Shown here piece by piece: positions 46,044 through 55,063 of a stretch of 58,885 nt of DNA. Made by a program: the position numbers and the translations under genes. The notes under the pieces are model-generated. The model saw only the letters and a program-made list of their open reading frames with translations, was not told the DNA's origin and did not search any database. The stretch is from an uncultured Gammaproteobacteria bacterium (GTDB taxonomy: Bacteria > Patescibacteriota > Microgenomatia > Levybacterales > UBA12049). Positions within the stretch are counted from its first letter, which is position 1. Every line of letters begins with the position of its first letter. The DNA lies in contig CAZNVI010000002.1 in assembly GCA_964576705.1 (NCBI GenBank), positions 1-58,885 of the forward strand, given 5' to 3'.

Positions 46044-46709
46044 ATGCAGTATATCGAAATAAAAAAAAGTTTAGGTTATGAGGTATTGAAGCGGATATTA
46101 GATATCATTTCCTCGATCATACTTTTATTTTTTTTCTTACCCATAATGCTTGTTGTAGCTATTTCTATTAAGCTGGATTCTAGTGGTCCTATATTTGCAG
46201 ATACCCCCTCAAGAGTAGGAAAAAATGGTAAGCTTTTTAAAATGTACAAATTCCGTTCGATGATTAAGAATGCTCATGAACTGCTTCGGGAAGATCCTAA
46301 ATTTGCGAAACTTTATAATGATTATAAAATCGGAAGCTATAAACTGGTAAATGATCCCAGGATTACTAAGGTAGGTAGATTTATCAGAAAGCATTCACTT
46401 GATGAAGTGCCTCAGCTTGTTAATATCTTATTTGGTGATATGAGCTTGGTCGGCCCGCGGGCTTATTACCCTGATGAGATTAAAGAGCAGCAGCAAAAGT
46501 ATCCTGAAACTAAACAAGCGGTAAAAATTGTGTTATCCGTAAAACCCGGCTTGACTGGATTTTGGCAGGTTTCGGGGAGGTCTGAGGTGAATTTCGATAA
46601 GCGAATTCAGATGGATGCAGAATACGTAAAGAAAAGGTCGATTATGTATGATCTAAAAATAATTATGCTCACACCCTGGGCGATGATTTCAGGTAAGGGT
46701 GCTCGTTAA
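46044..46709 (+). CDS. Small monotopic polyprenyl-phosphate phosphoglycosyltransferase (PglC/WbaP-C-terminal type, initiating enzyme)
   Basis: KRILDIISSIILLFFFLPIMLVVAISIKLDSSGPIF, KMYKFRSM, DEVPQLVNILFGDMSLVGPR. These are the bacterial sugar-transferase signature motifs. Confidence 0.85.
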   Translation: MQYIEIKKSLGYEVLKRILDIISSIILLFFFLPIMLVVAISIKLDSSGPIFADTPSRVGKNGKLFKMYKFRSMIKNAHELLREDPKFAKLYNDYKIGSYKLVNDPRITKVGRFIRKHSLDEVPQLVNILFGDMSLVGPRAYYPDEIKEQQQKYPETKQAVKIVLSVKPGLTGFWQVSGRSEVNFDKRIQMDAEYVKKRSIMYDLKIIMLTPWAMISGKGAR

Positions 46710-46747
46710 TTTGACATGTCTATATCAAGTTGAGTATTATAGTTTAT

Positions 46748-48688
46748 ATGGCTAGCTTTGAAAAGATTGATTTGAATACTAAAAATACACTTGATAGCAA
46801 GATAGATCCTTCATTTATGAAATTAAAAAAACGTAAGAAAATAAAAACACCTTTTAAGTTGATTGGAGTAATATTAACTGTATTATTACTTTTGGGCATA
46901 TTGACTGCTATGCCTGCTTACGCTACATATAAATCCGCCAAAGCAACTTACAATCAGGCGAAGGCAATCTCTTCTGCGATGAAGCAACAAAATGTAGCAC
47001 TGGCATCAGAAGAGCTTGAAAAAACTAAACTAAGTCTCGCTGATACAAGAAAGAATTTTGACAGAATGTTTTTATTGCGTTTTATTCCAATAGTGCACTT
47101 TTATTATAACGATGCTGATCATAGCTTAAAAGCTGCTACTGAAGGCCTCAAGACTGCAACTATAGTGATTGATGCACTTAAGCCATATGCGGATGTTTTA
47201 GGATTAAAAGGTACAGGGAGTTTTTCATCCGGATCGGCTGAAGACCGTATTAAAACTGCTGTAATGACTATGGGCAAAATCACACCGCAAATTGATACAA
47301 TCGCTGATTCTCTTCTCATCGTCCAAAAAGAAATAGATGCAGTAAATCCAAATCATTACCCGGAGTTAATATTCGGTACGAAACCAAAAATGCAGCTTAC
47401 TCAGCTTAAAGACTTAACAGATCAGGGCGTTGATCTCGTAAATCAAGCGCGTCCGCTTATTAAAGTCTTACCGGTACTTCTAGGTGAGTCTGAAACTAAA
47501 AAATACCTGGTATTATTCCAGAATGATAAGGAGCTTCGTGCTACGGGTGGATTCATTACTGCATATTCTATTATAAATATCGATAAAGGTAAGTTATCAA
47601 TTGAGCGATCTGAAGATATATATGAACTAGACGAGACAGTAAGTAATAAACCTAAAGCACCCTCCCCTATACTTAAGTATCTACCCGGTGTTTCTCTTTT
47701 AAATTTGCGTGATTCAAATATTTCACCTGACTTCGTAACTTCGATGAAGACTTTTATGGAACTCTATGATGATGCAGGTCGTTCTGTTCCTGTGGACGGA
47801 ATAATAGCTATCGACACAGATGTACTAGTTTCAACCATTAAAATACTGGATGGGCAGATAACTGCGTCCGGAATCACTTTCACGACAGAAAATGATGAAA
47901 GATGTAATTGCCCTCAAGTCATTTATGTACTTGAAGACAGTATTTCAAAGCCGGTGCAATTTATAAGGGAAGACAGAAAGGGTTTAATCGGATCTTTAAT
48001 GAAAGCTATTATGGATAAAGCTTTGTCATCTTCACCGAAGCAATATTGGGGTCCACTTTTTCAGACTATGTTAGCACAAACCAACCAGAAGCATATACTC
48101 TTTTATCTCTTCGATACCGAAGCGCAAAAAGGGATTGAAGCTGTAAATGCTGCCGGGAGAATAGATCCTTTCGAAGGTGATTACTTGCATATCAATGACA
48201 CAAATTTCGGCGGACAAAAGTCAAATCTTTTCACATCGCATGCAATCGAAAACGAATATACAATCGAGAAAGACGGCAGTATTAAAAAGACAGTAACGAT
48301 AACTTATAAAAATGACTTTCCTCCATCTAATTGTAACTTGGAAGCAGGCCAGCTATGTCTTAATGCAGTTCTTAGGAACTATCTCCGCTTATATGTTCCG
48401 AAAGGAAGTGAATTAATTGACAGTAAGGGATCGCAGGTAAAAATGGTTACATATACTGATTTAGACAAGACAGTATTTGAAGGATTTTTGACGGTACGTC
48501 CATTAGGTCAGTCCAAATTCACCGTAACTTATAAACTTCCGTTCAAATTGTCTAAAAATTCACCTTTACCTGTACTTATCCAAAAACAACCCGGTACATT
48601 CGGACATGAAATGAAGGTGATATTAAACGGTAAGACTGTTGAGGAATTCAAATTATTTTCAGATAAGAAAATGCAATTGGAAGTATAA
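46748..48688 (+). CDS. DUF4012-domain membrane-anchored protein
   Basis: First ATG is at 46748. One N-terminal TM helix. YLVLFQNDKELRATGGFITAYSIINIDKGKL matches the DUF4012 core motif (N.aElR.tGG) as recalled. The adjacency to a sugar transferase is typical. Confidence 0.7.
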   Translation: MASFEKIDLNTKNTLDSKIDPSFMKLKKRKKIKTPFKLIGVILTVLLLLGILTAMPAYATYKSAKATYNQAKAISSAMKQQNVALASEELEKTKLSLADTRKNFDRMFLLRFIPIVHFYYNDADHSLKAATEGLKTATIVIDALKPYADVLGLKGTGSFSSGSAEDRIKTAVMTMGKITPQIDTIADSLLIVQKEIDAVNPNHYPELIFGTKPKMQLTQLKDLTDQGVDLVNQARPLIKVLPVLLGESETKKYLVLFQNDKELRATGGFITAYSIINIDKGKLSIERSEDIYELDETVSNKPKAPSPILKYLPGVSLLNLRDSNISPDFVTSMKTFMELYDDAGRSVPVDGIIAIDTDVLVSTIKILDGQITASGITFTTENDERCNCPQVIYVLEDSISKPVQFIREDRKGLIGSLMKAIMDKALSSSPKQYWGPLFQTMLAQTNQKHILFYLFDTEAQKGIEAVNAAGRIDPFEGDYLHINDTNFGGQKSNLFTSHAIENEYTIEKDGSIKKTVTITYKNDFPPSNCNLEAGQLCLNAVLRNYLRLYVPKGSELIDSKGSQVKMVTYTDLDKTVFEGFLTVRPLGQSKFTVTYKLPFKLSKNSPLPVLIQKQPGTFGHEMKVILNGKTVEEFKLFSDKKMQLEV

Positions 48689-48691
48689 GCT

Positions 48692-49237
48692 ATGCGGAGC
48701 TTTAAAACTGAAGGAATCGTAATCAGAAGAAGAAATTTTGGTGAGTCAGACAGACTTGTAACTATATTAAGCTTAGAGCATGGAAAGATGGTTCTTAAAG
48801 CTAAAGGAGTTCGCAAGATTACAAGTAAACGATCATCACATGTCGAGCTATTGAATCATTCAACTATTACTGCATATACAGCCAAGGCACTTCCTTTATT
48901 AATTGAAGCCTCCATGATAGATGACTATTCAAGTATAAAAACTGATCTTGTGAAAATAGGAGCAGCATATCATATGTGTGAGTTAATTGACAGTTTATGT
49001 CCGGAATGGGTAGAGTATGATTCGGTATTCGAGCTTCTCAAGAGTTCATTAGTAAAACTTGCGAATTATGATTATACTACGGTTATCACGCATGATTTTG
49101 AGATATCTTTATTAAGTATACTAGGTTATTGGCATGGTAGTATTGAGTTGGCTAAACAGTTGGATACGGAAAGATTCGTCGAAAATATAATTGAACGAAA
49201 ATTAAAAAGTAAACAAGTTTTCGCCAAAATACAATAG
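48692..49237 (+). CDS. recO: DNA repair protein RecO (short form)
   Basis: MRSFKTEGIVIRRRNFGESDRLVTILSLEHGKMVLKAKGVRK is the OB-fold N-terminus typical of RecO. At 181 aa it has no zinc-finger region. Confidence 0.7.
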   Translation: MRSFKTEGIVIRRRNFGESDRLVTILSLEHGKMVLKAKGVRKITSKRSSHVELLNHSTITAYTAKALPLLIEASMIDDYSSIKTDLVKIGAAYHMCELIDSLCPEWVEYDSVFELLKSSLVKLANYDYTTVITHDFEISLLSILGYWHGSIELAKQLDTERFVENIIERKLKSKQVFAKIQ

Positions 49238-49278
49238 CCTCACTTTTATTAGCTTCATTTTTCTGATATTATACAGTC

Positions 49279-50748
49279 ATGGAAAATAAATCTAGTCCGA
49301 TTAAATCTGATTTTATGGATAAAATTGTTTCATTGGCAAAGCGCCGCGGATTTATATATCCAGGATCTGATTTATATGGTGGTCTGGCAAATACATATGA
49401 TTATGGTCCAGCGGGAGCCGAGCTATTAAGAAATATTAAGAATTTATGGTGGAAAAAATTTGTGAATCTGAGAGACGATATAGTAGGGATTGACGCGAAT
49501 ATTATTTCCCCAAAAATTGTATGGGATGCGTCAGGGCATACATCCGGGTTCTCTGATGCTTTAATTGACTGTAAATCCTGTAAAAACAGAATTAGAGCGG
49601 ATCATTTGATTGAAGATTGGCTTGAGAATAACTCACCGCACATTTTAGACAGAAAAAACACTAAAAATATCACAAGTCAGGAATTTAAAAAGGCCGTGGA
49701 AATTAAAAAAGTCGAAGGTTGGTCTGAAATAAAAATGGATGAATTCATTTCAGAATTTAAAATTCTATGTCCGAAATGTAAAAAGTTTGACTGGACAAAC
49801 GTTCGTAAATTCAATCTTCTTTTTCCAGTTAAGCTGGGAATTATAGAAGGTGACCAGAGCCTTGTTTATCTGCGAGGGGAAACCGCTCAAGGCATGTTTA
49901 TCAATTTCAAAAATGTAGTTGATTCTACTCGCGTACGTCTGCCGTTTGGTATAGCCCAAGTTGGAAAAAGTTTTCGAAATGAAATAACTTTAGGTAATTC
50001 TATATTTAGAACTATTGAGTTTGAGCAGGGAGAGATAGAATACTTTTTCGACCCTGAAAAATCCGACTGGGAACAATTATTCGCGAATTGGAAAGAACAA
50101 ATGTGGAGTTTTATTGTGAAGGATTTAGGCATTAATACAGATAATTTAAGGTGGAGAGTCCATACAGATGAAGAAAGATCTTTTTATAGCTCAAAGACTG
50201 AAGATTTGGAATATAATTTTCCTTTTGGCTTCAAGGAATTGTGGGGATTAGGTTATCGTACAGATTATGACTTAAAGCAACATATGCAGTATTCAGGCAA
50301 AGATCTTTCTATAACAGATCCTTATTCTGGTAAAAAAGTAATTCCGCATGTTATAGAGCCAGCGGTCGGGATTAACCGCTTGATGCTGATGGTGCTCTGT
50401 GACGCTTATTCAGAAGAAGATCATAGAATTGTTTTGAAGCTGCATCCGAAAATTGCTCCATACAAGATTGCTGTATTTCCGCTTTTGGCGAATAAAATTG
50501 ATTTAGTAGGTAAAGCAAGAGAGGTTTATTCATTATTAAATCCTGAATTTTCGGTAACCTGGGATGATAGAGGAAATATAGGAAAAAGATATTTATATCA
50601 AGATGAAATCGGTACTCCCTGGTGTGTGACTGTAGATTTCCAAACTCTTGAGGATGGTACGGTGACGGTAAGAGATAGAGATACAACAAAACAGGAAAGA
50701 ATTAAATTCGAAAGTCTAGAGCAGTACTTTAACCAACTGCTAAAATAA
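49279..50748 (+). CDS. glyQS: Glycine--tRNA ligase (dimeric GlyQS type)
   Basis: KRRGFIYPGSDLYGGLANTYDYGPAGAELLRNIKNLWWKKF, FNLLF, LRGETAQGMFINF, GKSFRNEI, RYLYQDEIGTPWCVTVD. ATG 49315 is an alternative start. Confidence 0.9.
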   Translation: MENKSSPIKSDFMDKIVSLAKRRGFIYPGSDLYGGLANTYDYGPAGAELLRNIKNLWWKKFVNLRDDIVGIDANIISPKIVWDASGHTSGFSDALIDCKSCKNRIRADHLIEDWLENNSPHILDRKNTKNITSQEFKKAVEIKKVEGWSEIKMDEFISEFKILCPKCKKFDWTNVRKFNLLFPVKLGIIEGDQSLVYLRGETAQGMFINFKNVVDSTRVRLPFGIAQVGKSFRNEITLGNSIFRTIEFEQGEIEYFFDPEKSDWEQLFANWKEQMWSFIVKDLGINTDNLRWRVHTDEERSFYSSKTEDLEYNFPFGFKELWGLGYRTDYDLKQHMQYSGKDLSITDPYSGKKVIPHVIEPAVGINRLMLMVLCDAYSEEDHRIVLKLHPKIAPYKIAVFPLLANKIDLVGKAREVYSLLNPEFSVTWDDRGNIGKRYLYQDEIGTPWCVTVDFQTLEDGTVTVRDRDTTKQERIKFESLEQYFNQLLK

Positions 50749-50756
50749 TTTTTTAT

Positions 50757-50784
50757 TTGCATATCTGAGTTCTAATAATATAAT
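50757..50784 (+). promoter_or_regulatory. Sigma70-like promoter (TTGCAT-16 nt-TATAAT)
   Basis: TTGCAT at 50757-50762 and TATAAT at 50779-50784, 15 nt upstream of ATG 50799. Confidence 0.45.
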
Positions 50785-50798
50785 ATATATTTATCCTC

Positions 50799-51305
50799 AT
50801 GAATAATAAAAAATTACTACTTATTATCGGCGGAATTGTCCTTCTGCTTTTTATAATTGGTGGGGTTCTCGTATTTTCTACCCGTTCAAGTAACGATAGC
50901 GACAGTAATAATAGTAATGTGACTACTGGTGAAAATATTGGCACGCTTAAACCTTCTGATATAGGCTTAAAGCTAGTTTTAAGTAGTAATAATCAAAAAG
51001 TAAGGGTGGTTGTGGATGATATTAGTAATATAAAGTCACTTGAGTATGATATTTCTTACGATGCGGATATTCCAGCCTCAGAACTTGCTCCAGGTGAAAC
51101 AGGAGGAAAGGTAGAGCGTGGATTTAGCGATGAAGCGAAAATTACATCATCTCAGAGTCGATACGAATCTAAGGATTTTGATTTAGGATCATGCTCAAGA
51201 AATGTCTGCAGATACGATACAGGAGTTGAGGAAGTTCGGATTATAATGAAGGTTATTAAAAAAGACGGTAAGGTATACGAAGTAAAAGACTCAGTAGAAG
51301 TTTAA
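50799..51305 (+). CDS. Membrane-anchored hypothetical protein
   Basis: N-terminal TM LLLIIGGIVLLLFIIGGVLVF, an S/N-rich linker, then a ~110-aa beta-rich domain. I recognise no family. Confidence 0.5.
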   Translation: MNNKKLLLIIGGIVLLLFIIGGVLVFSTRSSNDSDSNNSNVTTGENIGTLKPSDIGLKLVLSSNNQKVRVVVDDISNIKSLEYDISYDADIPASELAPGETGGKVERGFSDEAKITSSQSRYESKDFDLGSCSRNVCRYDTGVEEVRIIMKVIKKDGKVYEVKDSVEV

Positions 51306-51383
51306 TCCCCCTTTTCTTACATTTATTATCACTACCCCTTGTGTGTTTAATATTTTTTAACACTAATTTAGTAAATATATACA

Positions 51384-51438
51384 TTGACAGCTCATGTATT
51401 TTATTGTTAAATACATGAGTACTGGTGATTTCTGGTGA
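51384..51438 (+). promoter_or_regulatory. mraZ promoter/operator region
   Basis: TTGACA at 51384-51389, then 17 nt, then TTAAAT at 51407-51412. A perfect 11-bp inverted repeat CTCATGTATTT/AAATACATGAG (51391-51401 / 51409-51419) covers the spacer and -10 box. Direct repeats CTGGTGA lie at 51422-51428 and 51432-51438, 10 bp apart. Confidence 0.5.
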
Positions 51439-51448
51439 ATGATGATTT

Positions 51449-51895
51449 ATGTTTCAAGGGCAGGTCGCAGCGAATGTGGGAGCGTTTTTCCGAATAGCGT
51501 TTCCAAAAGATTACCGGGAGAAACTAGGAGAAAGAATAATATTAACTTACGGTTTTGAAAATTCACTTATAGCGACTAATGAGCAGAGATGGGAAGAGTT
51601 ATTTAACCTTGAGCTTAAAGATAAATCATTCTTTTCAGAGAAGGTAAGAGAAATAAAGAGAGTATTTTTAGGAGGGATCACAAGTATAGAATTTGACCAA
51701 CAAGGAAGATTTATAGTTCCAGAATATTTACGAAATTACGCAAAAATAACAGTAAAATCAGAAGCAGTATTTGTTTGGCAAAAAGATTACATAGAAATTT
51801 GGGATAAAGTGACTTGGACTGAGCGACAAAGTGTAGCATTAAAAAACTTAACACTTATAGGTGAGAATCTGTCCAGAAGGGGAGTCGATGAGTGA
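51449..51895 (+). CDS. mraZ: Division/cell-wall cluster transcriptional regulator MraZ
   Basis: Two SpoVT/AbrB-like halves. The second has the canonical FDQQGRFIVPEYLRNYA...IEIWDK. The first is degenerate (FFRIAFPKDYREKLG). Confidence 0.8.
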   Translation: MFQGQVAANVGAFFRIAFPKDYREKLGERIILTYGFENSLIATNEQRWEELFNLELKDKSFFSEKVREIKRVFLGGITSIEFDQQGRFIVPEYLRNYAKITVKSEAVFVWQKDYIEIWDKVTWTERQSVALKNLTLIGENLSRRGVDE

Positions 51896-52784
51896 TTATC
51901 ATAAAAGTGTACTTTTACAACAAGTTTTAGATTATTTAAGAATAACAGATGGGAAAAAGTATATTGATGCGACTCTGGGAGGAGGAGGACATACATTTGC
52001 TATTTTGAGACAAGGTGGTAAGGTTTTTGGTTTGGACGTAGATGAAGAGGCGTTAGAGTACGTTAAAGAAGAATTCAAAATTCAAAATCCAAAATTCAAA
52101 ATCGATAAAACGCAATTAACAATAGCAAAAGGAAACTTTCGGGATATCGACGAGTTGGCAAGAGAAAACGGATTTGGGAAGGTAGCGGGAATACTTTTCG
52201 ATTTAGGAGTTTCGAGTCATCAGCTCGACACTCCAGGGCGAGGGTTTAGCTTTAAATTTGACGCTACTTTAGACATGAGGATGGATCGCGATCTTTCGGT
52301 TAAAGCACTGGATCTGCTTAGAGTACTAACGAAAGGAGAATTATATGAGCTTTTTAAAAATTTTGGTGAAGAAAGTAATGCCCTACGGATTGCTTCAAAT
52401 ATTGTTGAGTCCCGTAGAATAAGTCCGATTGAGAATACATTACAGCTTGGAGCAATTATACAAAGAAGTGTCCGAATAAAAGATCAAAAGACAAATCCGG
52501 CGACACGAGTGTTTCAAGCATTGCGAATAGCAGTTAACGACGAGTTGGGAAGTATCAAAGAAGCATTACCTAAAGCGCTGTCGTTACTCGAGACTGATGG
52601 AAGGGTTGTAGTTATTTCCTTTCATTCCTTAGAAGACAGGATTGTGAAGCATACATTTATAGATTGGAAGAAAAAAGGAATGGGAAGAATTATTACTAAA
52701 GATCCAATCATACCAAGCGAAGCTGAAATAACTTCAAATATAAGAAGCAGAAGTGCAAAGATGAGAGTTTTTGAAAAGATTTAG
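51888..52784 (+). CDS. rsmH: 16S rRNA (cytosine1402-N4)-methyltransferase
   Basis: Start moved to ATG 51888 (MSDYHKSVLLQQVLDYL). IDATLGGGGHT, FDLGVSSHQLD, RGFSF, ISFHSLEDRIVK. Confidence 0.9.
   Translation: MSDYHKSVLLQQVLDYLRITDGKKYIDATLGGGGHTFAILRQGGKVFGLDVDEEALEYVKEEFKIQNPKFKIDKTQLTIAKGNFRDIDELARENGFGKVAGILFDLGVSSHQLDTPGRGFSFKFDATLDMRMDRDLSVKALDLLRVLTKGELYELFKNFGEESNALRIASNIVESRRISPIENTLQLGAIIQRSVRIKDQKTNPATRVFQALRIAVNDELGSIKEALPKALSLLETDGRVVVISFHSLEDRIVKHTFIDWKKKGMGRIITKDPIIPSEAEITSNIRSRSAKMRVFEKI
52074..52101 (+). repeat. Imperfect heptanucleotide tandem array (TTCAAAA)x4 inside rsmH
   Basis: TTCAAAA TTCAAAA TCCAAAA TTCAAAA (then TCGATAA). Encodes EFKIQNPKFKI. Confidence 0.85.
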
Positions 52785-52836
52785 TCACACAATTTTATCT
52801 ATTCATAAATAGGGTGGATCTTACTTATGAATAGAA

Positions 52837-53118
52837 ATGAAAAAATTAATAGTACTTACATTTCCACTTTTATTAGTAACTGTATTACTTTCAATTACGC
52901 ACGTTATAGTTTCCAACATGCTTTCAACTGCCGGTGTTGAGTTAGATCAGTTGCAAACTGATTTAGTAAAGTATGAAAAAGAAAACATAATTCTCCGTGA
53001 AAAAGTTTTAGCAGATACTTCATTACAAAATATTGCATCGATTGCAGCAGGGATGGGCTTCGTTGATTCAAAATCTACAATAAACTTGACACATAAGGAA
53101 CCTCTAACCAGAAGATAA
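52837..53118 (+). CDS. ftsL: FtsL-like cell-division protein
   Basis: 93 aa with a single N-terminal TM and a heptad-like segment (LDQLQTDLVKYEKENIILREKVL). Sits in the canonical position between rsmH and ftsI. Confidence 0.5.
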   Translation: MKKLIVLTFPLLLVTVLLSITHVIVSNMLSTAGVELDQLQTDLVKYEKENIILREKVLADTSLQNIASIAAGMGFVDSKSTINLTHKEPLTRR

Positions 53119-53122
53119 TATT

Positions 53123-54808
53123 ATGATATGGCGATATAGGATACTTCTAGTCTTTTTCTTCCTTGCTTTTTTGTTAATTTTAGGAAGGTTGTTTTATTGG
53201 CAGGTAGTTCGTGCAAAAGAGCTTATTTCGCTTGGTGATTCACAGTATGGAAAGTTTAAGAAAGAAATACCAATACGTGGTGAAATAAAAACCAGTGATG
53301 GTTTCCCCATAGCTACGAATAAAGTTACATATTTGGTTACGGCAAATCCTAAATTGATTGCTGATGAAGATAAAGAAAAAACAGCTAAATTATTATCGCC
53401 TTTTATAGAAGTCGATGAAGCAACGATAAGCGCACTTTTAAAACTAGATAAGTTCTGGGTACCGTTAAAAAACAATTCTGAAAATAACATAAAACAAAAA
53501 ATAGAAACGCTTAATTTAGATGGTCTTGGGTTTGAAGAACAACCGATCCGTTTTTATCCTGAAGCGTCTCTTGCAGCCAAATTAATAGGCTTCGTAGGTA
53601 AAGATGAAAATGGTAATAATAAAGGTTATTTCGGGATCGAAGGTTATTATGACCGTCAGTTAAGCGGTAAAGTAGGTCTAGCAAAAGAAATTAAAGATGC
53701 TCACGGGAGGCCGATACTCGCCGAAATTAATAATAATTCAGGAAAGATAGACGGAAGAAATCTGTTATTACATATTGACAGATTCGCGCAGTTTACTCTT
53801 GAGGAATCCCTCAAAAAGGGATTTTATAGATACGGTGCGCAAGGTGCATCAGGAATCATAATGGATCCGAAGACAGGTGGGATTATAGCTATGAGCGGTG
53901 TTCCTGATTTCGATCCTGGGAAATATAATGATTATAGCGATGACCTTTATTTAAACTCGATGATATCCGGCGGATATGAGCCAGGTTCTACTTTTAAGCC
54001 TCTTATTATGGCTGCAGCGATAGATAGCGGACTTGTGACACCTGAGACGCAGTGCTCAATTTGCGATAAGCCGGTGGAGATCGGAGGTTATTCTATAAAA
54101 ACATGGAATGATAAATATTCAAGAAATATTACAATGGCGAATGTAATACGTGATTCTGATAACACAGGTATGGTGTTCGTCGGTAATAAACTCGGAATTT
54201 CTAAGATGAATTTATATCTGACATCTTATGGTATGGGTAAATTAACAGGCATTGATTTACAAGGCGAAATGGCGCCTGAAGTGCGTGGAGTAGATTCATG
54301 GTATCCGATTGATGTAGCTACCGCCAGCTTCGGACAAGGAATTTCCGTGACTCCTATAGGGTTGATAACTGCATTTGCGAGTCTGGCAAATGATGGTAAG
54401 CGTATGGTGCCTCAGGTGGTAGATAAGGTGGAAACTGATACGGGAGAAATTATAGACATAGCACCAGTAGTCGCAGGCAAACCGGTATCAGCGCGTACAG
54501 CCTTAATCATGCGTGAAATGTTGGTAAATGCAGTCAAATCAGGGGAAGCCAAGTGGGCAGCGCCTAAGGGTTATAGAATAGCCGGGAAAACCGGTACAGC
54601 CCAGATACCCATAGAAGGCCATTATGATTCTAATAAAACTATTGCATCTTTTGTGGGTTTTGCGCCTGCAGATAATCCTAGGTTTATAATGCTTATTATC
54701 TATGACCGTCCATCGACATCTATTTATGGAGCGGAAACCGCAGCACCTACATTCTTCGAAGTAGCGAAAAAATTATTGAACTACTATAAAATTGCCCCAA
54801 GTGAATAA
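53123..54808 (+). CDS. ftsI: Peptidoglycan D,D-transpeptidase (class B PBP, FtsI/PBP2-like)
   Basis: N-terminal TM. STFK (GSTFKP), SDN (RDSDNTG) and KTGTA motifs in the correct order. Confidence 0.85.
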   Translation: MIWRYRILLVFFFLAFLLILGRLFYWQVVRAKELISLGDSQYGKFKKEIPIRGEIKTSDGFPIATNKVTYLVTANPKLIADEDKEKTAKLLSPFIEVDEATISALLKLDKFWVPLKNNSENNIKQKIETLNLDGLGFEEQPIRFYPEASLAAKLIGFVGKDENGNNKGYFGIEGYYDRQLSGKVGLAKEIKDAHGRPILAEINNNSGKIDGRNLLLHIDRFAQFTLEESLKKGFYRYGAQGASGIIMDPKTGGIIAMSGVPDFDPGKYNDYSDDLYLNSMISGGYEPGSTFKPLIMAAAIDSGLVTPETQCSICDKPVEIGGYSIKTWNDKYSRNITMANVIRDSDNTGMVFVGNKLGISKMNLYLTSYGMGKLTGIDLQGEMAPEVRGVDSWYPIDVATASFGQGISVTPIGLITAFASLANDGKRMVPQVVDKVETDTGEIIDIAPVVAGKPVSARTALIMREMLVNAVKSGEAKWAAPKGYRIAGKTGTAQIPIEGHYDSNKTIASFVGFAPADNPRFIMLIIYDRPSTSIYGAETAAPTFFEVAKKLLNYYKIAPSE

Positions 54809-54829
54809 ATGAAAAGATCTGATAAAAGA

Positions 54830-55063
54830 CTATTCCGTCCAGTGCTCCACGAAGACTAATCCGAAGCGTCTTGCTACTCGATCTGGTAGTTTTTCGTTTT
54901 CAATTCTTTCTCGTATTCCTGGTAAAACAAAGTTAGATACCTCAGCGTAAGTATCATAATCTTCGACTATAGTATTCTTAACCCTTAGCATTTCGTCTTC
55001 ATACAATAATTCAGAACGAAATTCTCCAGTGTCCGGATCATAATATTTTACTTCAGTAGTCAT
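54830..55063 (-). CDS. Small acidic hypothetical protein
   Basis: 77 aa. 4-nt ATGA overlap with the upstream minus-strand tRNA-binding gene. I recognise no family. Confidence 0.45.
   Translation of the reverse strand: MTTEVKYYDPDTGEFRSELLYEDEMLRVKNTIVEDYDTYAEVSNFVLPGIRERIENEKLPDRVARRFGLVFVEHWTE

Noticed and set aside
49671-49800. Repetitive 'EFK' DNA in glyQS (GAATTTAAAAAGGCCGTG/GAAATTAAAAAAGTCGAA and ..TCAGAATTTAAAATTC) as another heptamer array.
   Set aside because: The period is 18 nt rather than 7. The segment lies in the known Cys-containing insertion of dimeric GlyRS (CKSC...CPKC). It resembles the TTCARAA family only through the EFK codons.
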